Assembly (NCBI GenBank): GCA_965214095.1 | Contig: OZ243938.1 | Coordinates: 2,912,001 to 2,976,000 of the forward strand | Direction of reading: 5' to 3' | DNA: 64,000 nt | Origin: Candidatus Poribacteria bacterium | Lineage (GTDB): Bacteria > Poribacteria > WGA-4E > WGA-3G | In this document: piece by piece, positions 20,367 through 30,008 of the stretch | How the letters are laid out: every line of letters starts with the position of its first letter | Numbering within the stretch: position 1 is the stretch's first letter | Translations under genes and position numbers: made by a program | The notes under the pieces: model-generated | The model's input: only the letters and a program-made list of their open reading frames with translations | Database searches by the model: none | Told to the model about the DNA's origin: nothing

Positions 20367-20469
20367 TATAGTAGATTTTGAAATTACTTGAACACTCAGC
20401 ATCGGCGAGGTTAGGAAACCTCGCCTACCGTGGGTCGCGGATGTCAACTTATATTTATAATTCACTATA
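20367..20469. mobile_element. 103-bp TATAGT...ACTATA MITE with a single REP hairpin
   Basis: Same-length, highly similar direct copy at 47589-47691. Confidence 0.85.
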
Positions 20470-20505
20470 AGAGCAATAATTCAACTCATTAGGAGATATT
20501 TTTAA

Positions 20506-23500
20506 ATGACATGTTCAAAATTGTCTTTCTGCATTGTAATTTTCATGTTTATCACAGTAGGTGCTTTCATTTCAGGAAGTGAAGCGCAAGACACCGAAGA
20601 AAATAATACACCTCTCCAAGAATTCATCAACGAAACACAAATGTTAGTACGGCGGAACCAATTAGAGGAAGCAATAGAAATCTACGAAAGAATAGTGATA
20701 GCAGCACCTGATGACTATATATCTCTATTAGAACTCGCGACGCTTTACTCACGCACAAATCAACACGAAAGCGCGGCACAAACCTATAGCAAACTGCTTG
20801 CTTTTGACACAGAAAATATAACTTATCAAGATGGACTTGTTCGCAGCTTACAAGCTGCTGGTAAATACGACGAGGCACTTGATCTCGCGCAGTCATACAT
20901 TCAAACAGATCCGACAGTAGGCGAACACTACGCACGACTCGCAAGACTCTATGAAGTTGAGGGTAATGAACATGCTGCCATCGCTAACTATAATAAAGCA
21001 ATTGAAATGGCAGCCGGTGATAAACAAACGTATCTTATGCTCGCAAGACTCTATTTTCTCAATGAAGACATAGATGCGGCTGAAATGGCATTGAAGAATG
21101 CCATTCTATCAACCACTTCCGCATCAGCGCGACAAGATATTGAACGACAATTGATCAGTTTCTATCGCTATCATGGGAATTTAGGAGAGAAGTTACAACA
21201 AGCTGAAAATGATGGGACAATCACATTCCAGATGCTGAAAGTCCTCGCCGAATACTACCACAAAGCCGGAAAACTGGACAATGCTGTTAGTGTCTATAAG
21301 CGAGCACACGATATGACAAACAGTTCTTCTGAGAAAGATAAAATCACCACTGAATTGTCTAAGATATATCTGGCTCTCGGTGATATGGATTCAGTAGTAG
21401 AAGCTTATGAAACAGAGGCGAATTTGTCTATAAACAGTAAAATATTGTCTTACACTTCTGAAAGAATTACAGTGACATCGGCAAAAATTGCAGTGATATA
21501 CAAATTTGAGACTGTACGCGATTCATTGATTGGTGCTTTTAAAAGCCAAGATAAACTTGAAGTGTTAAAAACACATTATGAAGGTAAACTTAGAGAAAAC
21601 AAAGAGAATCCTGTTGCCCTAACAATATTGGCGAGGATATATTGGAATGAAAGGGATTATCAAAAAGCTGCTGAAATGTATGAAGCACTTGGCAAACCAG
21701 ATGCTCACAATGTCCGTTACTATTATTATGCTGCAGCTGCATTAAAAAGAAACAAACAACCTGATTTAGTCAAAGAGATGCTCAACCAAGCTACAAATGC
21801 CCTTGCAGCCTGTAGTGAAAAAGATGATCCGTGGTTTCTTGGCACACTTGCAACAATCTGCAATGAAAATAGGATGTTTGAACCAGCAATTGAACTCTCC
21901 AAAGATGCGATTGATAAGAGTGATATCATTGCAGATAGTAGGATTCTGGATACTTTGCATGGAATACTTGCGAAGAGTTATCGTGAGACAAAACAGTACG
22001 AAGAAGCTCTTGACATGTATCAGGTAATGGCAAGTGAAAACAGCAGTAGTAACATACGAAATAGGGCAAATAACGCGATCCGGGAAATCATCAAAGAGGG
22101 AAAACTATATGAAAGATTGATACCGGAACAACTGAAGAATGTCGTAGAAAACCCTAACAATCCAGAGATGATGTTGGAACTCGCGGAGAGTTATGAAGCC
22201 ATAGATAGTATCAAAGAAGCAATTGAACAGTATGAAAAACTTGTGGTACTGGAACCTGAAAATAGTTTTTGGTACAGAAAGTTAGGGGATCTGTATCAAA
22301 AAGTGGATCTTGAGATAGACGGAGTAATTGAAAGCAAGGCTCTTAGTTTAGATGGAGATGGGAGCTACGTGGAAATCGTAGACAGTGAGATGATTAACAA
22401 TATCTCTGAACAAGTAACGATATCTGCATGGATCAAACCAACAGATTTTCCAAACACCTGTACGACTGTACTTTTCAAAGGTAACAAACGAACGCCTAAT
22501 CTTACGCATCGTCAATTCGCGCTCTGGTTGTTTGATGAAGGTCTCGCTTATTTTGACGCATCCCCTGACGGTATTTTCATAAGATGGATTGCCTCTGCAA
22601 GTGAATCTATCCAAAAAGATCAATGGTACCACGTATCAGGAACCATTGATGCCAAGAATGACAGCATAAAGTTATATCTAAACGGTGCTGAAGTCAGTAG
22701 CAGTAATTTTAAGGGGAAAAACAAATTGACTAAGACCACACTGCCATTGCGAATCGGTTGTTCACATGAAGAAGAAATATCTGAGCATGCATCATTTGCT
22801 GGACTAATTGATGAAGTGCGGATTTGGAACATCGTGCGCACTGAAAATCAAATTCGTTCCGATATGAATAGGCAGCTGAAAGGAGATGAATCCGGTTTAG
22901 TGGGATATTGGAAATTTGATGCAGAAACTGAAGGACGCGTATCCGATAGTTCACTCAATAAGAATGATGGCAAACTTGTTGGAAATGCTAAACTTGAACC
23001 TTACAGTCGTCCAATTTTGGCAAGTATAAAGGCTGATAACTTGACCAAGGCTGCATCCTACTATGAAAAAGCGATTGAACTCAGACCAACTCTATACCAG
23101 TATTATGATCGGTTAGCAAAATTATATATGGATCAGAACCAGAAATCCGATGCTGCATTTGTATATCTACGTGCATTAGACGCACCTTTTGGACAATCAA
23201 CCCATGAAGCATTAATTCGCGCAATCTCCGATCTTTACGCTGATGACGGGCAAGTGGACAAACTTATTGCTATTCTTGAGGAAGTAAAACCGAAAATGGA
23301 GGAGAGCGTGGCCCTGCACAGACTTTTAGGTGATTTCTACAAGAAAACAGGTGATTTTGAGAAAGCTGAAATTGTAAACGCGAAGTGGTTGAAATTGAGA
23401 GAGCAAGAGGTGAATATTCAGGATGCAAGTTACCAACGTTGGTTTGCTGAAGAACTTCTTGCAAAAGGAATATATTCAGAAACATCACTAAAATATGCGA

Positions 23501-23778
23501 CACGGGCGATACAAGACAATGCGGGAATTAGTTATCACTTCCCACTGACACTTGGACGTGCGTATGTTGCGAATGATCGCTATGATGATGCGCTGAGATA
23601 TTTCAAATATGCGCTAAGTATTCTCTCAGCCAATGATTCACTGGATGATTATTGGAAAAAAGTCGCTGATGCACGTAAGAATGCAAACGACAAAGAACGT
23701 TACACCCAAATGTTAGATGCGTTGAAAAATTCCGTTCCGTCGGAATACGCAAGTTCGGTGCAAATGTCTGCCAATTGA
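20506..23778 (+). CDS. Exported TPR protein with an internal LamG domain (1090 aa)
   Basis: AGGAG RBS; signal peptide SEA-Q; TPRs collinear with the last third of the giant; LamG at about 22335-23000 (ALSLDGDGSYVEI, QWYHVSGT, FAGLIDEVRIWN, GLVGYWKFD). Confidence 0.9.
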   Translation: MTCSKLSFCIVIFMFITVGAFISGSEAQDTEENNTPLQEFINETQMLVRRNQLEEAIEIYERIVIAAPDDYISLLELATLYSRTNQHESAAQTYSKLLAFDTENITYQDGLVRSLQAAGKYDEALDLAQSYIQTDPTVGEHYARLARLYEVEGNEHAAIANYNKAIEMAAGDKQTYLMLARLYFLNEDIDAAEMALKNAILSTTSASARQDIERQLISFYRYHGNLGEKLQQAENDGTITFQMLKVLAEYYHKAGKLDNAVSVYKRAHDMTNSSSEKDKITTELSKIYLALGDMDSVVEAYETEANLSINSKILSYTSERITVTSAKIAVIYKFETVRDSLIGAFKSQDKLEVLKTHYEGKLRENKENPVALTILARIYWNERDYQKAAEMYEALGKPDAHNVRYYYYAAAALKRNKQPDLVKEMLNQATNALAACSEKDDPWFLGTLATICNENRMFEPAIELSKDAIDKSDIIADSRILDTLHGILAKSYRETKQYEEALDMYQVMASENSSSNIRNRANNAIREIIKEGKLYERLIPEQLKNVVENPNNPEMMLELAESYEAIDSIKEAIEQYEKLVVLEPENSFWYRKLGDLYQKVDLEIDGVIESKALSLDGDGSYVEIVDSEMINNISEQVTISAWIKPTDFPNTCTTVLFKGNKRTPNLTHRQFALWLFDEGLAYFDASPDGIFIRWIASASESIQKDQWYHVSGTIDAKNDSIKLYLNGAEVSSSNFKGKNKLTKTTLPLRIGCSHEEEISEHASFAGLIDEVRIWNIVRTENQIRSDMNRQLKGDESGLVGYWKFDAETEGRVSDSSLNKNDGKLVGNAKLEPYSRPILASIKADNLTKAASYYEKAIELRPTLYQYYDRLAKLYMDQNQKSDAAFVYLRALDAPFGQSTHEALIRAISDLYADDGQVDKLIAILEEVKPKMEESVALHRLLGDFYKKTGDFEKAEIVNAKWLKLREQEVNIQDASYQRWFAEELLAKGIYSETSLKYATRAIQDNAGISYHFPLTLGRAYVANDRYDDALRYFKYALSILSANDSLDDYWKKVADARKNANDKERYTQMLDALKNSVPSEYASSVQMSAN

Positions 23779-23824
23779 TGATTTAGATTTCATGAAGGTA
23801 AAATAAAATGTGTAGGAAATAATT

Positions 23825-26443
23825 ATGAAATATCTATTGACACTTTTTCTTATTATCTTTGTAATATTCGGTTGTTCATCCAGCGAATATATGGAAATAT
23901 CGGATGAAAACTTAGCTGCAGCGATACGTGACAGTCTCGGATTATATCAAAACGACACTATCACACGCCGTCAACTAAGTAAACTAACAAAACTATCTGG
24001 ACCACAAAGAAATATAAAAGACATAAGTGGCTTGCAGTATGCTAAACATTTAAGTGCTTTGGAACTCTATGGTAATCAAATCCATGATATTTCTCCACTT
24101 GCAGATTTGAAGAAACTAACCAGGTTGAATCTGGGTAACAATAATATCACAGATATTTCTCCACTAAATGGGTTGAAAGAACTTACTTACTTATCACTTG
24201 AACAGAATCAAATCCACGACATTCAACCTATTGAAAACCTGAGTAAACTCAAGTATCTATTTATTGAGCAGAATCTAATAAAAGACCTTTCGCAAGAACA
24301 ACATCTTCCTGTTACCAATGCTGTTGAGAATACCACACTGCTACACCCATCGGTAAAAGTGAATCAATATAATACGCAGATTAGTCTACCCGATGGAGCC
24401 ATTGCACGCCTTGGAAAAGGAGGTATCAACGTCTTGCGCTTTTCTCCTGATGGAACGATGCTTGCAGTCGGGACTGATATAAGGGTGTGGCTATATGACA
24501 GGAAATCAGGTAAGGAGAAACCATTACGGAAGAATTCCATCGGTCAGTCCAATGCATTGGTATTCTCTACGAATGGACGCATCCTCGCAAGTGGTGGTTC
24601 CTCAAATCCTATAGTTCAATTGTGGGATCTCTCAACAGGTCAACAACTTCCAAACATTTCCTTGCCAATATCAAGCAATTTACATCTGATGAACAAGAGA
24701 GATGTTGTTTATGAAAAATGTGTCGCTGCATTGGCGTTTCCTAAGAATTTTAGTGCTCTTCTGAGTCTTAGTTATAAAGGAAATTTTAACAATTGGGATA
24801 TTACCACAGGCAAAGAACTATCAAAACATCGTACGGATTTTGATTATGAAGGTGTATTGGCACTCTCACAAGACGGTAGCAAATTTGCTTGTGGATATTG
24901 GAATGGAAAGATATGGACAGGAGATGCTACCACAGGTAAACTAAAGAATAAACTCAACGGACATGGTAGAAGAATAAAGTTTCTTTCAAAGAATACAAAA
25001 TATCGTCGTGTTCGTGCATTGGCATACTCACCAGATTCTAGATTCTTAGCAAGCGGCAGTGAAGATAAAACAATAAAGATTTGGAGTACGAAAAAATATA
25101 AAAAACACGCCACTCTCAAAGGGCATACAGGATGGGTATCTGCACTCGCCTTTTCTGAAGATGGCAAATATATCGCCAGCGGGGACACGGAGAGCAACGT
25201 TCATCTTTGGGATGTCCATAAGAAACGAAGGATTGCCATTTTCAAGGGACACACAAACGGCATCCTTGCTATGACGTTTTCCCCTGATGGAAAGACACTT
25301 GCTACCGGCAGTGCTGATGGAACTATACGGTTTTGGGATGTCAACACTCAAGAAGCAGAATCCATCTTTACTACTGGACATACAGAATGGGTCAGAGATA
25401 TATCATTTTCTCCTGATAGCACAAAGGTCTCTACTGCATATTATAATGCAACAGCAGAAAGATGGGATGTTAAGACAACAAGTCAACTGGATGTTTTCAA
25501 TATAAATCCGCAGAAAATTTCTTATGCAGTTGCATTATCACCCGATGGTTCACATCTTGCATGTCACAATATTGAAGGCAATATCACTTTCAATGTTGAT
25601 GGTTGGGAGACAGTGATTGAATATTATAATACTGATAAAATGCGATTATGGAATCTTGATACCAAGAAAGAACTTCCATCTATTCCAGATGTATTTGGAG
25701 ACATGGCATTTTCGCCTGACAACAAGATTCTTGCTTGTAAGAGTATACAGGATATATCACCGTGGCATAAAACCACAGATAGTGAAGTTGGAAGAAGAGG
25801 CTTAAGTATGGTAGTAGGGCGGAGTAAAGAGATTCTAATAACTGAAGTTAGGACAGGAACAGAATTACACCGTTTTCATGTGGGAAAACGTGGAGGACCG
25901 CTTAGTGGGGGAGGATTAAGAGAAAAAATATCATTGATGTTCTCACCTGAGGGAAGCCTACTGGCAGCGGGAGGTATGATTTGGGATGTGGATACGTGGG
26001 AACAACTTCATAAATTCACATCAGAATACGCCGCAATCATGGCATTTTCAAAAGACATTCATACCCTTGCTGTCGAGAATAATGTAGTGACAGACAAAGA
26101 TATCCAATTGTGGAATTTTTTTACTCCTGATCAGCCACAGAGTTTACATACTATTGATTTACCAACAACAATTGAAAATAGAGCCTTAACAATTTCACCT
26201 AATGGATCAATACTTGTTGAATCAACGAAAATGGGATACGACACATATTGTGAAGCAAACATATCATTATGGGATGTAAATACAGGTGAAAAATTGTTGG
26301 CACTTCCAGGACACACTGAACCAATTACAAAGTTGGAATTTTCTCACGATGGCAAAACGCTTGCAAGTGGTTCTAAAGATGGCACTGTGCTGTTGTGGGA
26401 CTGGAAAAAAATCTATGCAAAAATCAAACCCGATGATAGATAA
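23825..26443 (+). CDS. Putative lipoprotein with short internalin-like LRR region and WD40 propellers
   Basis: IFGC lipobox-like; LxxLxLxxNxIxDISPL repeats; LPDGAIARLGKG followed by GH...SPDG...LASGS.DGT...WD repeats. Confidence 0.9.
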   Translation: MKYLLTLFLIIFVIFGCSSSEYMEISDENLAAAIRDSLGLYQNDTITRRQLSKLTKLSGPQRNIKDISGLQYAKHLSALELYGNQIHDISPLADLKKLTRLNLGNNNITDISPLNGLKELTYLSLEQNQIHDIQPIENLSKLKYLFIEQNLIKDLSQEQHLPVTNAVENTTLLHPSVKVNQYNTQISLPDGAIARLGKGGINVLRFSPDGTMLAVGTDIRVWLYDRKSGKEKPLRKNSIGQSNALVFSTNGRILASGGSSNPIVQLWDLSTGQQLPNISLPISSNLHLMNKRDVVYEKCVAALAFPKNFSALLSLSYKGNFNNWDITTGKELSKHRTDFDYEGVLALSQDGSKFACGYWNGKIWTGDATTGKLKNKLNGHGRRIKFLSKNTKYRRVRALAYSPDSRFLASGSEDKTIKIWSTKKYKKHATLKGHTGWVSALAFSEDGKYIASGDTESNVHLWDVHKKRRIAIFKGHTNGILAMTFSPDGKTLATGSADGTIRFWDVNTQEAESIFTTGHTEWVRDISFSPDSTKVSTAYYNATAERWDVKTTSQLDVFNINPQKISYAVALSPDGSHLACHNIEGNITFNVDGWETVIEYYNTDKMRLWNLDTKKELPSIPDVFGDMAFSPDNKILACKSIQDISPWHKTTDSEVGRRGLSMVVGRSKEILITEVRTGTELHRFHVGKRGGPLSGGGLREKISLMFSPEGSLLAAGGMIWDVDTWEQLHKFTSEYAAIMAFSKDIHTLAVENNVVTDKDIQLWNFFTPDQPQSLHTIDLPTTIENRALTISPNGSILVESTKMGYDTYCEANISLWDVNTGEKLLALPGHTEPITKLEFSHDGKTLASGSKDGTVLLWDWKKIYAKIKPDDR

Positions 26444-26474
26444 TGCAGTTTTCAAACCACACTACATTGATAAA

Positions 26475-26603
26475 TAGTGTTCTGTCTACACTAATCTTGT
26501 AGGTCGGGTAGAGGCACGAAACCCGACATGCAGCCATTTATCTCAATATAGTCGGGTTTCGTGCCTCTACCCGACCTACAATGTCCGAATGGACACTCCA
26601 TTA
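26475..26603. mobile_element. 129-bp MITE shell filled with a 90-bp segment containing a REP doublet
   Basis: Core tgtaggtcgggtagaggcacgaaacccgac ... gtcgggtttcgtgcctctacccgacctaca; reverse-complement copy at 52134-52263. Confidence 0.85.
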
Positions 26604-26622
26604 GTCACTCTTAGGAGGGAAA

Positions 26623-29600
26623 ATGAAGCAACTATCTATAATACTCTTAGTCTTACTCTCAATTTCTATTCTGAATTGCTCACAACCCAATCAGTCTGCA
26701 GAATACGTAGACATATCCGATGAAAACTTGGCAGAAGTAATACGGACTAAATTAGAATTACTTCCTCATGAACCAATCCCAATAAAACAACTATCAGAAC
26801 TAACTGAACTCACAATTCCTGCACAACAAGAAATAAAAAACCTAAAAGGATTAGAAAACGCAACTGGTTTGACAAAACTGCAGATATATTCAAATTATGA
26901 AATCAGAAACCTATCTCCACTTGCAAACTTAACAGAATTGAGAGAGTTAAGTGTCTTCACCAACAAAGTCAGTAACCTTAAACCACTTAGAAACCTGTCG
27001 AAATTAACAGTGTTAAGCTTTCAGCGGAATAGAATAAGTAACCTTAAACCCCTTGAAAAGTTGACGAATCTTGAGGTGCTATATATCAGTCAAAACCCAA
27101 TTAGTGATCTTACACCTCTTAAAAACTTGAAAAACCTGAAAACTTTGTGGCTCGCGGAAAACTCAAAGTTAAGGGACATTAGTCCAATTGCAGAACTTAC
27201 ACAACTTACAGGTTTAACCTTAGATAAAATAGAAATAAAGGATCTTTCGCCCATAGCTGCATTGAAAGATTTGACTACGTTAAGGCTCAACGATAACTAC
27301 ATCAACGATATAACGCCACTCTCAGAATTAACAAACCTTACGGAATTACACATATACCATAATCAGGTGAAAGACATCTCACCACTTGCTGGATTGGCAG
27401 ACTTGACGACATTACATCTTCATAGTTCAATCCATGATATAACGCCTCTTAAGGGACTAACAAAACTTACCCAATTAATGCTATATGCAAATTATATAAA
27501 AGACATTACACCGCTTTCAGGATTAACAAATCTCACGGAACTCAGACTTGAAGACAATCAAATAACCGATATCACGCCTCTTGAAGCCTTAACAGATCTT
27601 ACTCTACTATGGCTTTATAAGAATCAGATTAGCGATATAAATCCACTTCACGGTATGACCAAGCTTGTTTCATTAGATCTGTACAGAAACAACATACAAG
27701 ATATTTCACCACTTACTGGCATGACAGAACTGAAGGGACTTTTTCTCGGAGGGAATGATATCACAAGCATTGAACCACTCAGAGATCTAACACAACTTAC
27801 ACATTTAGGACTCGCATATAACAGCATAGAAGACATCAGTCCAATTGAGAATTTTCAGTTGTTAGAATACTTGAAGTTAAGACAAAATCCGGTCAGAGAT
27901 TTTACCCCACTTGAGAAACTACGACAAAATATTCCAGACTTACATCAACCAGTACCGAAACATATTAGACGAACAAGATCTGTGCGTTCTGTTTATGAAC
28001 GACATGAGACACAAGCTGGTTTGCCTGCGGGTGCCATTGCACGTCTCGGTAAAGGTGGCATCAATGTCATGCAGTTTTCTCCCGATGGAAAGAAACTTGC
28101 AGTCGGCACTGACGTTGGCCTGAAGATGTACGATGTAACCACTGGAAATGAAATAGATGTGCCAAGTAAGATTGTTGCAGAGGTCAACGCACTTGCATTT
28201 TCACAGGATAGCAGTATGCTTGCATGTGGTGGTGCCTCAAATCCAGTGATACAATTATGGAATCTACAAAATGGAACTCAATTGCCTTCCATTCCAATTC
28301 CTTATGAGGGTAGGACAAATAGCAGACCTATTTATTCTGTTAGTGCTTTGGCTTTTTCAAACAACAATGCAAAACTTATAAACGTGAGTGGTGATGGGAA
28401 AGTATCTCATTGGGACATTTCAACAAGCAGCAATACACCTATGGTTGATTACTATCGTTATGCAAGAAGTAAAGTGATTGCAATTTCGACTGATGGTAGC
28501 AATTTTGCCAACGGACTTCATGATGGCAAAGTCCAGCTTTGGGATTCATCGAAAGAAAAACCGTTAGCAACTTTCAAAGGACATTCACGCGGTCTCGGTA
28601 TTTTCAAGATTTTCAAAAAGAAGAACAGTATTCGTCAACAGGTTGATGTTACAGCCTTAGCCTTTTCACTTGATGGAGAACTGTTGGCAAGCGGTAGTAA
28701 GGACAAGACGGTTCGCCTGTGGGAAACCAAAAACCGAAAAAGCGTACAGACATTTGAAGGACATACAGGTTGGATTACATCAGTCGCATTTTCAAATGAC
28801 AGCAATATACTTGCCAGCGGTGATACAAGCAGCAATCTCAGATTGTGGGATACGAATAGTGGAGAAGAACTGAAATCACTTCAAGGTCACAGAAATACCA
28901 TAGTTGCATTGACTTTCGCACCTGATAATAAAACACTTGCCAGTGGCAGTGCAGACGGAACAATACGTTTTTGGGATGTCAACGACAGCGAAGAGACTTC
29001 TGTCTTTACTACCGGTCATACAGAATCTGTGATGGTAGGCGCGTTCTCCTCAGACAGTACAACCTTCACAGCTGCAATGTTCAACGGCACCGTCCAGAAA
29101 TATGATATTAAGACACTGAAAGAACTTTCCTCTTTCGTAGCAAACAAACATAACATAACTGACAGTGTGGTGCTTTCACCTGATGCTTCTCTCTATGCAA
29201 GTCAAAGTGTAGAAAAGTCAGTAGCATTCAATATGTATGGTACTAAAACTGATATAACTTATGATGCAAATCCGGATCGAAGCGAATTATCTTTGTGGGA
29301 TTTAAGCACAGGTGAACAACTACCCGCACAGCAACCTGCAGAAGATATGGTTTTTTCACCAAATAACAAATATGTTGCCCGGATCACTTCAGATAACGTT
29401 ATTGTTTCTGATGTGCGTAACGGCGACGAATTCTTCAGATATGAAACCAATTCTAACTCGGTACTTTTCTCACCTGACAGCGCGCTTCTTGTTACTGGTT
29501 CAAGTTTTTCTGACACTTCTGAGGTATGGAATGTTAAAAGAAAGCAGAAACTTGCATCATTCAGTAGGAACAACAGACCAATTGCATTTACACCAGATGG

Positions 29601-29985
29601 TAATATACTTGCCTGCACTAACAACTATGATATTGCCTTATGGGATCTTAGTATTCCAACTGAACCGTTGGTTATTGGATCATTAGATTCAGCCTATACC
29701 TATAAGAAAGTTGTAACCTTTTCTCCTGATGGTACAATTTGGGTTGAAGCACATTATCTCATGGATAAATGGTTCTGTGAAGCACAGATTCAACTAAAGG
29801 AGTCGGTAACAGATAATATACTCTTAACACTTTATGGTCATACTGAACCAATAAATGCCTTAGCCTTTTCACCTGATGGAGAAACACTTGCAAGTGGTTC
29901 TGAAGATGGTACTGTGTTATTATGGGATTGGGATAACATACTAAACGATATCCGATTCAATAATAGATTGACGCATGACAGATAA
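26623..29985 (+). CDS. Putative lipoprotein with long internalin-like LRR array and WD40 propellers (1120 aa)
   Basis: AGGAGG RBS; ILNC lipobox-like; about 16-17 22-aa LRRs; LPAGAIARLGKG followed by WD40 repeats. Confidence 0.9.
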   Translation: MKQLSIILLVLLSISILNCSQPNQSAEYVDISDENLAEVIRTKLELLPHEPIPIKQLSELTELTIPAQQEIKNLKGLENATGLTKLQIYSNYEIRNLSPLANLTELRELSVFTNKVSNLKPLRNLSKLTVLSFQRNRISNLKPLEKLTNLEVLYISQNPISDLTPLKNLKNLKTLWLAENSKLRDISPIAELTQLTGLTLDKIEIKDLSPIAALKDLTTLRLNDNYINDITPLSELTNLTELHIYHNQVKDISPLAGLADLTTLHLHSSIHDITPLKGLTKLTQLMLYANYIKDITPLSGLTNLTELRLEDNQITDITPLEALTDLTLLWLYKNQISDINPLHGMTKLVSLDLYRNNIQDISPLTGMTELKGLFLGGNDITSIEPLRDLTQLTHLGLAYNSIEDISPIENFQLLEYLKLRQNPVRDFTPLEKLRQNIPDLHQPVPKHIRRTRSVRSVYERHETQAGLPAGAIARLGKGGINVMQFSPDGKKLAVGTDVGLKMYDVTTGNEIDVPSKIVAEVNALAFSQDSSMLACGGASNPVIQLWNLQNGTQLPSIPIPYEGRTNSRPIYSVSALAFSNNNAKLINVSGDGKVSHWDISTSSNTPMVDYYRYARSKVIAISTDGSNFANGLHDGKVQLWDSSKEKPLATFKGHSRGLGIFKIFKKKNSIRQQVDVTALAFSLDGELLASGSKDKTVRLWETKNRKSVQTFEGHTGWITSVAFSNDSNILASGDTSSNLRLWDTNSGEELKSLQGHRNTIVALTFAPDNKTLASGSADGTIRFWDVNDSEETSVFTTGHTESVMVGAFSSDSTTFTAAMFNGTVQKYDIKTLKELSSFVANKHNITDSVVLSPDASLYASQSVEKSVAFNMYGTKTDITYDANPDRSELSLWDLSTGEQLPAQQPAEDMVFSPNNKYVARITSDNVIVSDVRNGDEFFRYETNSNSVLFSPDSALLVTGSSFSDTSEVWNVKRKQKLASFSRNNRPIAFTPDGNILACTNNYDIALWDLSIPTEPLVIGSLDSAYTYKKVVTFSPDGTIWVEAHYLMDKWFCEAQIQLKESVTDNILLTLYGHTEPINALAFSPDGETLASGSEDGTVLLWDWDNILNDIRFNNRLTHDR

Positions 29986-30008
29986 CAACAAAACAGCGAG
30001 ACAAAGAA

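Noticed and set aside
23776-23806. Selenocysteine or stop read-through at the TGA of the 1090-aa gene
   Set aside because: The conserved tail is in another frame and a second TGA follows at once; deletion explains it.
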